Position numbers and translations under genes: made by a program. Below are positions 1 to 9,855 of a stretch of DNA of 64,000 nt, piece after piece. The stretch spans positions 112 to 64,111 of the forward strand of contig DJFX01000012.1 in NCBI GenBank assembly GCA_002432635.1, written 5' to 3'. Position 1 is the stretch's first letter. Each line of letters starts with the position of its first letter. Below the pieces are notes generated by a model. The model saw nothing but the letters and a program-made list of their open reading frames with translations. It was not told the origin of the DNA and did no database searches. This DNA is from Halothiobacillaceae bacterium UBA5861. GTDB taxonomy: Bacteria; Pseudomonadota; Gammaproteobacteria; UBA5861.

Positions 1-977
1 GCACACTCATGAAAAATGTGCTCTATGCACTGGTGCCTGGCGTGCTTATTTCGACAGGGCTATTTGGCTGGGGAGTGCTCATAAATCTGGCCATTGCCTG
101 TGTGACAGCCATCCTTGCAGAAACGGCGGTGATGAAACTCCGACGCCGCCCGGTCGCGCCCGCGCTCTTAGACTACAGCGCATTGGTGACAGCTTGCTTG
201 TTGGCTCTGTCACTCCCCCCCATTGCTCCGTGGTGGATCCCCGTCATTGGGGTTTTATCAGCCATCCTTGTGGCCAAGCATCTTTATGGAGGGTTGGGAC
301 ACAACCCCTTTAACCCGGCCATGGTAGGCTATGTTGTGCTGCTGATTTCCTTCCCTCGGGAGTTAAGCCTATGGCCTGCTCCCAGTGGTATGCTCACGCA
401 CACGCTCAGCGTTACAGAAACCGTCCGGTTTTTATTCACGGGCATACTGCCTGAGGCCGTGCGCCTTGATGGCATCACAATGGCTACAGCATTGGATTAC
501 ACCAAGACTCAATTACGGCTCGGTGATGATCTGGCGGCACTCGCTTCGCATGCCAGTTATGGCTGGCTCGGCGCTCGCGGTTGGGAGTGGGTTTCTCTCG
601 GCTATCTACTGGGGGGGCTCTGGTTACTCTACAAACGCGTAATCAGTTGGCATATTCCGGTTGCTTTTCTCGGCAGTCTGTTACTGATTGCGAGCCTGTT
701 TTCTCTCATTGATAACACCTACTTTGCGCCTCCCCTGTTTCATCTCGCCAGTGGCAGCGTCATTCTGGCTGCTTTTTTTATTGCAACGGACCCTGTAACC
801 GCATCCACCAGCCCGGTCGGCCGATTACTTTATGCCGCGGGTATCGGTGTACTGGTGTATGTCATTCGCACATGGGGAGGCTACCCTGATGGCATTGCCT
901 TTGCCGTGCTGATTATGAATCTGGCCGCGCCCACCATTGATCACTTTTACCAGCCCCGTGCATTCGGTCACAAATGA
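1..977 (+). CDS. rnfD: Rnf electron transport complex subunit D (probably 5'-truncated by the window edge)
   Basis: Polytopic membrane protein with KHLYGGLGHNPFNPAMVG, the FMN-attachment Thr in DGITMAT, and FFIATDPVT and GGYPDG motifs; lies directly upstream of rnfG. Confidence 0.95.
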   Translation, partial: TLMKNVLYALVPGVLISTGLFGWGVLINLAIACVTAILAETAVMKLRRRPVAPALLDYSALVTACLLALSLPPIAPWWIPVIGVLSAILVAKHLYGGLGHNPFNPAMVGYVVLLISFPRELSLWPAPSGMLTHTLSVTETVRFLFTGILPEAVRLDGITMATALDYTKTQLRLGDDLAALASHASYGWLGARGWEWVSLGYLLGGLWLLYKRVISWHIPVAFLGSLLLIASLFSLIDNTYFAPPLFHLASGSVILAAFFIATDPVTASTSPVGRLLYAAGIGVLVYVIRTWGGYPDGIAFAVLIMNLAAPTIDHFYQPRAFGHK

Positions 978-1612
978 AGACACCTCTACAACAAGTCCTA
1001 GGCTCTGCACTCATTCTCTGCTTATTTGCAATCATCGGCACAGCGTTGGTTGCCCTGACTCATAAACAAACACGTGACCAAATTAAAGTGAATGAACGCC
1101 AGGAACTACTCGCCAGACTCTCACAAGTTGTCTCTCAAAGCGGGCTGGACAATGACCTTATCACCAGCGCGCTACCCGTTCACTCACCGGAATTACTGGG
1201 TAGCAAAGCACCTGTTCCCGCTTACCGAGCCACCCAGGACGGTCAACCCATTGCCGTTATTCTGACAGCCACCGCCCGCAATGGTTACAACGGAGGGATC
1301 CGGCTCTTGGTCGGTATACAAGCAGACGGCAAAATTTCTGGTGTGCGCGTTATCCAGCATAAAGAAACGCCGGGGCTGGGTGATGCCATCGAGGTCGAAA
1401 AGTCCAACTGGATACTGGGGTTTAATGGCCTGTCTTTATTAAATTTGTCCCCTTCCGACTGGGCGGTCAAAAAAGATGGGGGCGCCTTCGACCAGTTTAC
1501 AGGAGCGACCATTACGCCTCGCGCAGTCGTTGGCGCCGTTTACCGATCGCTGCAATTTTTTGAGAACAATCAAGAGCGGCTTCTGAGTGCAGAAACAGCA
1601 AATGATCAATAG
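974..1612 (+). CDS. rnfG: Rnf electron transport complex subunit G
   Basis: N-terminal TM anchor; GYNGGI, HKETPGLG and DQFTGATIT (FMN-binding TGAT) motifs; ATGA overlap with rnfD. Confidence 0.95.
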   Translation: MKTPLQQVLGSALILCLFAIIGTALVALTHKQTRDQIKVNERQELLARLSQVVSQSGLDNDLITSALPVHSPELLGSKAPVPAYRATQDGQPIAVILTATARNGYNGGIRLLVGIQADGKISGVRVIQHKETPGLGDAIEVEKSNWILGFNGLSLLNLSPSDWAVKKDGGAFDQFTGATITPRAVVGAVYRSLQFFENNQERLLSAETANDQ

Positions 1613-2013
1613 TTTTTTACAAATTTACTCAGCCAGTTTTGCCATTTTTGGTGATCTGTTTTGGGTGCATCAACCAGTTCAATCCCAATCAGATAATCCG
1701 CCCCTTTGTTGGATGGCATTGACCACTTAACAACCCCATGAAGAAAGAACTTGCCATGATGCCCTTCGATATTCACCCACAGGTCCAGTCCACACCCCAT
1801 CATTACTGGGTGGTCAACCCGCAACTGGAGCCCCTTCGGGGAAATATCGATCGTGCTGCTGGCAAACGTCTGACCTCTCAACGAAAGGTCTTCCCGGGAG
1901 TGGGCAATCTGCACGTAAAGACGAGACTGGTTCAGCAAACGTCCATCCGTTCGACGCTCGTCAATGCTTCTTCGCTGTATCAAAGGCCCTGTAGTCTTTA
2001 TACTCGTGGACAT
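1606..2013 (-). CDS. Stand-alone PilZ domain protein (putative c-di-GMP receptor)
   Basis: RxxxR (ERRTDGR) and D/NxSxxG (DISPKG) motifs, followed by GVVKWS...IGIEL, typical of the PilZ barrel. Confidence 0.85.
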   Translation of the reverse strand: MSTSIKTTGPLIQRRSIDERRTDGRLLNQSRLYVQIAHSREDLSLRGQTFASSTIDISPKGLQLRVDHPVMMGCGLDLWVNIEGHHGKFFLHGVVKWSMPSNKGADYLIGIELVDAPKTDHQKWQNWLSKFVKNY

Positions 2014-2106
2014 AACAATCCCTTGCCTGCTTCAAAATGAGCTTAACTTAGAGTTTAGATTTACCCTTATTTTTTGCAATTCTCATATCGAAAGCCAACT
2101 AAAAAA

Positions 2107-2796
2107 ATGAATGCCTACACAAAAATCATAAAAAATGGACTTTGGGATAATAACCCAGGGCTTGTGCAGCTACTTGGTTTATGTCCCTTATTAGCAGTCA
2201 GTGGCACGGTCATCAACGGTTTAGGCATGGGGCTGGCAACATTAGCGACGCTGCTGGTTTCCAACGTGCTGGTCTCCCTCGTCAGAGACTACGTGAAATC
2301 AGATGTCCGGATTCCGGTTTTTGTGCTGATTATTGCCTCCACAGTGACAGCGATTGAGTTACTGATGAATGCCTGGTTTTACGACTTATACAAAGTCCTT
2401 GGTATTTTTGTACCCTTGATTGTCACAAACTGTCTGATCATTGGCCGAGCCGAAGCGTTTGCGGCAAAAAACAAAGTGATGGACGCCGTGATTGATGCAC
2501 TCGCAATGGGCATTGGCTTCACCTTGGTATTAGTTTGTATTGGCGGTATGCGCGAATTGGTCGGAGAAGGCACACTCTTCGCCAATGCCCACCTGATGTT
2601 TGGTGAAACGGCCCGCTCCATGGAGCTTTCTCTCGGCAATCAGTATCAGGGGTTTCTGCTCGCTGTTTTACCGCCAGGCGCCTTTATTTCGCTGGGATTA
2701 CTCATCGCGTTGAAAAATATTATTGACGATCGGATTAAGCGAAAACAAAGCTTGCCTGTCAGCAACGATGCGCTAGCAGCAGGTCCTACATCTTAA
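2107..2796 (+). CDS. rnfE: Rnf electron transport complex subunit E
   Basis: [32 protein letters not shown] and LPPGAF motifs; ATG at 2107 preferred over TTG at 2074. Confidence 0.95.
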   Translation: MNAYTKIIKNGLWDNNPGLVQLLGLCPLLAVSGTVINGLGMGLATLATLLVSNVLVSLVRDYVKSDVRIPVFVLIIASTVTAIELLMNAWFYDLYKVLGIFVPLIVTNCLIIGRAEAFAAKNKVMDAVIDALAMGIGFTLVLVCIGGMRELVGEGTLFANAHLMFGETARSMELSLGNQYQGFLLAVLPPGAFISLGLLIALKNIIDDRIKRKQSLPVSNDALAAGPTS

Positions 2797-2823
2797 ACAC
2801 TTAAAGCCAAGCTGTAATGTGGC

Positions 2824-3630
2824 TTACAAACCCTCATCAAGCGCCTTTTTGACCTCTTTCCAATAATCGTCTATGGCGTCCAACGGCAGCTCTTCAAGCA
2901 CTTCGCCTTGCTGGTCGATCAATATTTCCATGGCCTGAAAACGTTTAACAAACTTTTTGTTACCGGCTCTCAAAGCCACCTCGGGGTTCACCTTAAGATG
3001 CCGCGCCAAATTGACGACGGCAAACAACAGATCACCCACTTCCTCAGCCACCTGATCGGATGCGCCTAGCTCTTTGGACGCCGCATCACGCACTTCCTCT
3101 AATTCTTCCTGAACTTTATCAAAAACCGGCTCGACCGAGCCCCAGTCAAAACCAACACGAGCCACGCGCTTTTGTATCTTTTCGGCGCTTATTAGCGAAG
3201 GCAATGCCTCGGTAATGCCATCCAGCTGGCTGCTTTTCTGTCCATCAGATTTTCCCCGACGTTCCTCAGCTTTTATCTTCTCCCAAGACTGTGCGATGGA
3301 AGCTTCATCAACACGCGAACGTTTATTTGAAAAAACATGAGGATGTCGCCGCTCCATTTTCTCTGCAATGGTTTCTGCAACATCAAAAAAAGTGAAGTGA
3401 CCGGATTCTTGGGCAATCTGCGCATAAAAGACAATATGGAAAAGTAAATCGCCCAGCTCCTCACGTAAGTCGCCGGTATCGTCCCGCTCGATGGCATCAA
3501 CCACCTCATAGGCTTCTTCGAGGGTATAGGGCGCAAGTGAAGTATAGGTTTGACGAAGATCCCAGGGGCACCCTGCCTCAGGGTCACGCAGCGCGCGCAT
3601 AATACCCAACAAGCGGTTTACGGCATCCAA
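2824..3630 (-). CDS. mazG: Nucleoside triphosphate pyrophosphohydrolase MazG
   Basis: GCPWD..QT, EEAYEVVDAI, EELGDLL, RRHPHVF and a second EEVGDLLF domain. Confidence 0.95.
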   Translation of the reverse strand: MDAVNRLLGIMRALRDPEAGCPWDLRQTYTSLAPYTLEEAYEVVDAIERDDTGDLREELGDLLFHIVFYAQIAQESGHFTFFDVAETIAEKMERRHPHVFSNKRSRVDEASIAQSWEKIKAEERRGKSDGQKSSQLDGITEALPSLISAEKIQKRVARVGFDWGSVEPVFDKVQEELEEVRDAASKELGASDQVAEEVGDLLFAVVNLARHLKVNPEVALRAGNKKFVKRFQAMEILIDQQGEVLEELPLDAIDDYWKEVKKALDEGL

Positions 3631-3639
3631 ATCAAGGCC

Positions 3640-4242
3640 TTAGAACGTGAGCCTAACACCAACGTGAAAGTTATCTTCCAACTCAAGGTCAGAGATGGTG
3701 GGCGTATCTACCGTGACTTTTCGGTAACCGAAATAAAGAATGGAGGAAGGGACCAATTCAAACTTTACGTCCACAGCATATTCAAGCAATTCTTCTGAAT
3801 CCATAAAGCTTAAAATAAGAGGGGAATAAAACAGTTCTCCGCCAACCGTCATTTTTCGAGCAAAGTAAGGACGGAGATTGATTTCCCCACCAATAGAAAG
3901 ATTAGCCAGGCTATCCTCTACATCAAGCTCACCATAGCTGGCGCGAACACCCAAGCCGAACTGGACGGAGCCTTCTGCTGAAACCGGGCGGCTTTTTACC
4001 ATCACTTCCGCATGAGCGAGGTAGTCATTGTTACTGTTAAAGAATGCACCAAAAGCAATATCAGCACCTTCGATACGCTCTTGCGTGTCGGCATTAGCGG
4101 CTCTTTTTGTGAGCCCAAGTGTTGATGTATGTGTGAGAAACATGACTTCGGCTGTCTCATCACTGATGCTGATATCCAGACCTGTCGCACCTACATGGCT
4201 AACCGCTAAAAAAAGTACAACACTTGTTATCCGCTTAAACAT
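3640..4242 (-). CDS. YfaZ-family outer-membrane beta-barrel protein
   Basis: Signal peptide from ATG 4242; alternating amphipathic strands, YSPLILSF and GYR motifs; C-terminal GVRLTF (BAM signal). Confidence 0.7.
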   Translation of the reverse strand: MFKRITSVVLFLAVSHVGATGLDISISDETAEVMFLTHTSTLGLTKRAANADTQERIEGADIAFGAFFNSNNDYLAHAEVMVKSRPVSAEGSVQFGLGVRASYGELDVEDSLANLSIGGEINLRPYFARKMTVGGELFYSPLILSFMDSEELLEYAVDVKFELVPSSILYFGYRKVTVDTPTISDLELEDNFHVGVRLTF

Positions 4243-4386
4243 ATAATTCCTCAAAGATCGATTGGCGATTTTGTAATCGTTTTTCTGACAGGGATCGTAC
4301 TGACTATTATCTAAAAATTCCAATTAATTTAATACATTTCGTACAATGAACGTCCAGTAAACTTCCACTACTCCCGCACAGTCAGA

Positions 4387-5439
4387 ATGCAAAAAAATAC
4401 AAAGACAGATACTCGGCGAACTCAACTCGAACAATGGTTACAGTCGTCGCCAATTCACGCCTTTGCACCAGGCCCGTTCTCTCTTGAGCCCGCTTCGGCC
4501 GATGCCAGCTTTCGCCGATACTTCCGGGTGCATCATCCAAAGGGGACGCTGATTGCTGCGGATGCGCCACCCGACAGGGAAGATAATCCTAGCTTTATCC
4601 GTGTAGCCAAACGATTGCAGGCCGCAGGCGTCCATGTGCCTATCCTCTTCGCACAAGACCTTCAAAAGGGTTTTTTGTTAATGAGCGACCTCGGCAACAC
4701 CACCTATTTGCAGGCACTCAACGAAGCCACTGCTGATCCGTTGTATCACCAGGCTATGGATACTCTTGTAACAATGCAAACGCAAACCCCCAGCCAGGAA
4801 TTACCGCTCTATAGCGGGGAGCTTTTGTACAATGAAATGCACCTCTTCCAAGAGTGGTTTCTTGAAAAGCACCTGAACCTGACCCTCTCGCAACAAGATA
4901 ACGCGACTTTAGTCAAGACATTTGAATTTTTAAAAGAAAGCGCCTTACAACAACCTTGCTTTTTTGTACACCGGGATTATCATTCACGCAATATTATGGT
5001 GATGCCGCACAACAACCCTGGTGTTCTGGATTTTCAAGACGCCGTTCACGGACCAGTCTCCTATGACTTGGCATCCTTACTCAAAGATTGCTATATCAAT
5101 TGGCCAAGAGCGCGTATAACCGACTGGATTACATACTATATTCGACAGCTGGAATCAGCAGGTGGCCCTGCTTTGCAACACAATCAGTTCATAACGTGGT
5201 TTGACCTCATGGCAGCACAACGACATTTAAAAGCCATTGGTATTTTTGCCCGCCTGCACTTACGCGATGGGAAACCGGATTACCTCAACGACATACCGAG
5301 AGTACTTCGTTATCTTTTTGACACCTGCCGCCTTTACAAACCCCTCGAAGACTTTTTAACTCTTCTTAATAAGTACGCGTGTGAGCAGTACGACCCCAGT
5401 GTATTCACGCCAAAACAGAGACAACCGCTCTCAATATGA
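4387..5439 (+). CDS. amgK: Anomeric MurNAc/GlcNAc kinase (peptidoglycan recycling)
   Basis: DASFRRYFR, HRDYHSRN, LDFQDA and QRHLKAIGIFARL motifs; adjacent to murU. Confidence 0.9.
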   Translation: MQKNTKTDTRRTQLEQWLQSSPIHAFAPGPFSLEPASADASFRRYFRVHHPKGTLIAADAPPDREDNPSFIRVAKRLQAAGVHVPILFAQDLQKGFLLMSDLGNTTYLQALNEATADPLYHQAMDTLVTMQTQTPSQELPLYSGELLYNEMHLFQEWFLEKHLNLTLSQQDNATLVKTFEFLKESALQQPCFFVHRDYHSRNIMVMPHNNPGVLDFQDAVHGPVSYDLASLLKDCYINWPRARITDWITYYIRQLESAGGPALQHNQFITWFDLMAAQRHLKAIGIFARLHLRDGKPDYLNDIPRVLRYLFDTCRLYKPLEDFLTLLNKYACEQYDPSVFTPKQRQPLSI

Positions 5440-6134
5440 AAGCCCTGATTTTAGCTGCTGGTCGCGGTACACGTATGGAAGCGCTCACGGATCACTGCCC
5501 GAAACCATTGTTAAAGGTCAACGGGCAGCATTTGATTGAATTCCACCTGCATGCCCTTCAACAAGCAGGCATTCAGGAAGTCATTATTAATACCTCTTAC
5601 CTGGCGGAACAAATCCACCGCACACTCGGCAATGGGGCACGCTATGGCGTCAATATCACCTACAGCAATGAAGGCCCCAACGCATTGGAAACAGCCGGCG
5701 GTATCGTTAATGCGCTTCCGCTACTTGGCTCAGAGCCTTTCATTGTGATTAATGGAGATGTCTGGACTGACTATAACCTGGCTCAGCTCATGACAAAAAA
5801 GACACTCAAGTATGCACTGGCACATCTCGTGCTTGTTAATAATCCAAGTCATAACCTGAAAGGTGATTTCGGTATGGATGCTCAAGGCTATCTGACAGAC
5901 CAGCCCACTCGATACACCTACAGCGGCATTGGCCTCTATTCGCCAGCCCTGTTTGCCAACCAAACGATCCAAAAACGCCCTCTGGCGCCACTGCTCAAAC
6001 AGGTTATTTCCGAGAAAAAAGTTTGTGGTGAATACTACAGCGGCCACTGGCTCGATGTCGGAACACCGGAACGGCTCGAATACTTAAGGGGCTGTTTGAA
6101 CCAAAGCCCCAAAAAAGAACCTAAATTTGTATAA
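5436..6134 (+). CDS. murU: N-acetylmuramate alpha-1-phosphate uridylyltransferase
   Basis: ILAAGRGTRM..LT...PKPLL, LETAGGI, NGDVW and WLDVGTPERL motifs; ATGA overlap with amgK. Confidence 0.9.
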   Translation: MKALILAAGRGTRMEALTDHCPKPLLKVNGQHLIEFHLHALQQAGIQEVIINTSYLAEQIHRTLGNGARYGVNITYSNEGPNALETAGGIVNALPLLGSEPFIVINGDVWTDYNLAQLMTKKTLKYALAHLVLVNNPSHNLKGDFGMDAQGYLTDQPTRYTYSGIGLYSPALFANQTIQKRPLAPLLKQVISEKKVCGEYYSGHWLDVGTPERLEYLRGCLNQSPKKEPKFV

Positions 6135-6175
6135 CGTAACTTTTGTGTCAACCTCAATAGAGAAGCAAACTTACG

Positions 6176-7159
6176 ATGAATACACAGCCACACTATATGA
6201 TTGATCACTCTGAACCTGACGAACAAAAAACCACAAGCATCCCAGTTAATGGCACCATTCGTTCTCTGGGTGAAAAACAGTGCATCTACTATGAAGGCCA
6301 ATGGGTACGCTACTATGAGCCCATTCCCGATACACTGGCGTCTAAGAAACAACTCATCGACAACCTGAAAAAGCGGCTTTTTCACCACACTGAAAATGGC
6401 ATTAACACGCCGGGCTTTCGTTTGGAAATGGCCAGAGAAGCCTACGAAAAACAAACAGACCCAGCCAAAAAACGCGTGAATGGGGCCATGCTTGCCGGCG
6501 CCTTATTCAACCGGGCCGCCGATATTTTTACCGCATTAGTGGAACTGGAAGAAAAAGGCATTACCATCAGCACCAATGATGAGTTAATGGTCATGTGCGG
6601 TGAATGCTTTGCAGAAGCACTGGAACTCGGCCGCACCGTCAAACACTACAGCGGCGAAGAGGGTATTGACGAACTTTGGGGAGAGCCCTTCAAAGTCTTC
6701 ACCATGTCCATTCCCGATTATTACGCCAGCCGTTATCTGAAAGTTGCCAAAGCACTTAACAACATTGATGAAATTATCGGAATCCTCATTACTGTTTTTG
6801 AGGGCGATACCTCCTTTGAAGGTATCGAAGCGAAGCTGAAACACTTCAAAGGAGCCTCTCACTGTGCGTGTGAGACCATGAAAGTGGATCCGGAGTTCTT
6901 CAATATTTGGCCTTTGTTCGTAACCGCAAGCGAGCAAATTTCGGATTTTCAACCACTGACACCGCCCATGCACGACACGAGTAATTACCGGCGGGTACGC
7001 GCAGGTTGCCATGTACTCGAAAAAGGACGGCAACTGATTGAATACATTTCGAACGCGCGCGTGCCCATGCCCTTAAGTACAAAGAACTTTGCGGAAGATT
7101 GTGACCGTTATAAGCAATGTTGCAAAACAGGCCTGTGGGAAAAGTACTGGCGCCTCTAA
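6176..7159 (+). CDS. Hypothetical soluble protein (327 aa)
   Basis: Long ORF with protein-like composition and no motif I can assign; 41 bp after murU. Confidence 0.75.
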   Translation: MNTQPHYMIDHSEPDEQKTTSIPVNGTIRSLGEKQCIYYEGQWVRYYEPIPDTLASKKQLIDNLKKRLFHHTENGINTPGFRLEMAREAYEKQTDPAKKRVNGAMLAGALFNRAADIFTALVELEEKGITISTNDELMVMCGECFAEALELGRTVKHYSGEEGIDELWGEPFKVFTMSIPDYYASRYLKVAKALNNIDEIIGILITVFEGDTSFEGIEAKLKHFKGASHCACETMKVDPEFFNIWPLFVTASEQISDFQPLTPPMHDTSNYRRVRAGCHVLEKGRQLIEYISNARVPMPLSTKNFAEDCDRYKQCCKTGLWEKYWRL

Positions 7160-7260
7160 TTTTTACAAGCAAACGTTTCTTTCACACACCACGATTGAAA
7201 GAGGGCATGCCAAAATCATGATAGACTGAACACATTGATCCTGTGTTCACTCTAAAAACA

Positions 7261-8541
7261 ATGACCGATAACCACCCGCCCTCTCTGGCCACCTATGCAC
7301 GCATCATTATTGTTGCATCGATGGCTGGCATCATCAGCCATTTACTCCGCTCTTCGCTTGGTGTCCTTGGACCTGACCTCATGCAAGAACTTAGCTTCTC
7401 TGCCGAGTGGCTGGGCATTATGACAGGGCTGTTTTTTCTTGTCTTCGCACTCAACCAGATTCCACTGGGTATTTTATTAGACCGCTATGGTCCTCGGCGT
7501 GTTGTCAGCACATTCTTGCTCTTCACCATTGTAGGCTGTGGCCTTTTTGTTGTGGCCAACTCCGTCTGGATGTTGATTGCAGGACGCGTGATGATGGGCT
7601 TAGGGAGCTCGGCGTTAATCATTAGCTCCTTTGTTTTGCTGGCTCGCTGGTTCACACCCGAAAAGTATGCCAATGCCACATCCATTCTCATTGCTCTGGG
7701 TAATGCCGGTGGACTGTTAGCGACAGCACCACTGGCTGCACTGGCTGCCTGGTTAAGTTGGCGGGGTGCATTTGCAGTAGTTGCGGTTTTCTGTGCCATC
7801 GTTGCCGCCCTGGTCTTCTTTTTTATTCAGGACAACCCACCTGGTAAAAAAGTGAAACCGGTACCCAAGCAAAGCTTATCCGAACAGCTCAAAGGCACTT
7901 GGGTGATCATCAAAAATCCAGCGACCAAACACCTTATCGCTATTGCAGCCGTCGCTTACCCGTCTGTGGCTACGATTCTCGCACTGTGGGGAGGGCCTTT
8001 CCTCTTCGATGTCTATGGCCTAGATACCCTTGCACGCGGCAATGTTCTGCTGTGCATGGCCATCGCCGCGATTGTTTCTCCCCTTTTTTATGGCTGGCTC
8101 AACAATATTATTGGCACACGCGCGATTGCTTTTTTGGGGTCCAGCATCACGGTTGCGGTACTGTTAACGCTGGCATTCGCCCCTAAGATGGATCTATTTT
8201 TCATCACAGTCTTAATGACACTGTTAGGCGGCGGTGCAGGATACAATATGCTGGTATTACCCGTTTCCCGATTTTTCTTTCCGGAACACATGACTGGGCG
8301 CGCCGTTACAACGGTGAACATTGCCATCGTGGGTGGCGTTGCCATCATGCAAATGCTGACGGGCTTCATCGTGGGCGCCTTTCCAGAAGTCAATGGTTCA
8401 ACACCGGAAATTGCCTATCGAACAGTCTTCGCTACCTTGGCAATTTTCCTGACTTTGGGCACCTGGTATTTCGCACGACTTGGCCCACTGCCAAACAGCT
8501 ATATCGATCCTGACAACGATCAACAAAATAACAAGTCATAA
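7261..8541 (+). CDS. MFS transporter
   Basis: About 12 hydrophobic segments; MFS motif A GILLDRYGPRR. Confidence 0.9.
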   Translation: MTDNHPPSLATYARIIIVASMAGIISHLLRSSLGVLGPDLMQELSFSAEWLGIMTGLFFLVFALNQIPLGILLDRYGPRRVVSTFLLFTIVGCGLFVVANSVWMLIAGRVMMGLGSSALIISSFVLLARWFTPEKYANATSILIALGNAGGLLATAPLAALAAWLSWRGAFAVVAVFCAIVAALVFFFIQDNPPGKKVKPVPKQSLSEQLKGTWVIIKNPATKHLIAIAAVAYPSVATILALWGGPFLFDVYGLDTLARGNVLLCMAIAAIVSPLFYGWLNNIIGTRAIAFLGSSITVAVLLTLAFAPKMDLFFITVLMTLLGGGAGYNMLVLPVSRFFFPEHMTGRAVTTVNIAIVGGVAIMQMLTGFIVGAFPEVNGSTPEIAYRTVFATLAIFLTLGTWYFARLGPLPNSYIDPDNDQQNNKS

Positions 8542-9744
8542 CCCCATCACTAACCCCTGCGGATTGGTATAACGGGTTGCATGACGATCGGCGTCTTTAA
8601 TTCCCAGGGCATCTTCGGCTATCAATACGCGCTGCACAGAAGGCGCACCTTCTCCGACGAGAAACACATGTGCATAACTTGACAACCGGGCAATGCGGTA
8701 ATCTTTGGCCAGGGCATACCCCCCGAATAATTCAGACGCAAATCCCGCTGCCTGCTTCAAGGCCAGTGAAGCAGCGTATTTTGCCTGCGCTGACAAGCGA
8801 TTGGCAGGCAGGTCATTATCCATCAGCTGTGCCGTGTGGTACGTCATTAACCGTGCGGACTCAATGTTGACTAATGCATCAGCAATCATCCCCTGTGTAA
8901 ACTGGTAGTTTGCCAGTGGCTTGCCGCGCACCTCGCGTTCTTTTACGTACTGAATAGCCTCATCCAAACACGCTCGGGCAAGCCCGACACTTCGCGCCGC
9001 GACTGAGACCCGACCCGCTTGAATGGCATGCATCGCATAGCGAAAACCCTGGCCTTCCTCACCCAAAAGGTTTTCTTTGGGGACTTCAAAGTCATCGAGA
9101 AAGATCTCACAACTGCGCAAGGACTGCGACAAGCCCACAAACTCTACGGGGCGAGCCTCCCAACCCGGGTACTTTTTGGGCTCTACAATAAAAGCCGAGA
9201 CGCCTTTGGCTCCGGCATTCCTATCGGTTTTCGCAAAGAGAATGCCGGTATCCGTCTGATCTGCCAACGTAATAAACATTTTAGAGCCGTTAAGATAGTA
9301 AGAGCCTCCCCGGCGTTTGGCGGTCGTGCGCATGTTGCCGAGCGCATCCGATCCGCCGCCTGGCTCAGTCAAAGCCCAGCAACCAATGTGCTGGCCGGAC
9401 AATAAATCAGGAATATAGCGTTTGATCTGCGCCTCGCTGCCACCCGCATAAATCGTGTAAGGGCACGTCATCCCTTGTGGGTTGTGGCAGAGTGAGAAGC
9501 CGATATCCAACCGAGCCAACTCTTCTGCCACAACAGCCATAGCGAGAAACCCCATCTGGCTCCCACCCAGCGACTCGGGAAAAACCGGCCCATACAAGCC
9601 CGCCTCTCCGGCCTTCAAAATCAAATCCCGGGGAAACGCGCCTTGCTCTTCATAGCGGGCCATTTCTGGCACAACGGCTGTCTCCATAAAACGGATAACG
9701 CTTTCCCGTAAATGATGAATTTCTTCAGGTAAAAATTGATCCAT
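8536..9744 (-). CDS. Acyl-CoA dehydrogenase family protein
   Basis: [26 protein letters not shown] and VGEG (catalytic Glu) motifs. Confidence 0.92.
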   Translation of the reverse strand: MDQFLPEEIHHLRESVIRFMETAVVPEMARYEEQGAFPRDLILKAGEAGLYGPVFPESLGGSQMGFLAMAVVAEELARLDIGFSLCHNPQGMTCPYTIYAGGSEAQIKRYIPDLLSGQHIGCWALTEPGGGSDALGNMRTTAKRRGGSYYLNGSKMFITLADQTDTGILFAKTDRNAGAKGVSAFIVEPKKYPGWEARPVEFVGLSQSLRSCEIFLDDFEVPKENLLGEEGQGFRYAMHAIQAGRVSVAARSVGLARACLDEAIQYVKEREVRGKPLANYQFTQGMIADALVNIESARLMTYHTAQLMDNDLPANRLSAQAKYAASLALKQAAGFASELFGGYALAKDYRIARLSSYAHVFLVGEGAPSVQRVLIAEDALGIKDADRHATRYTNPQGLVMGL

Positions 9745-9855
9745 TCCTCTCCCCTCTTACAGTTAATGGACTAATGGTTCTATCAAAAGCATAACCGATT
9801 TAGCTGCCAAGCTGTATGAGTTACACTCTGCCTCTCGTCAACCTAGGGAAATGCC

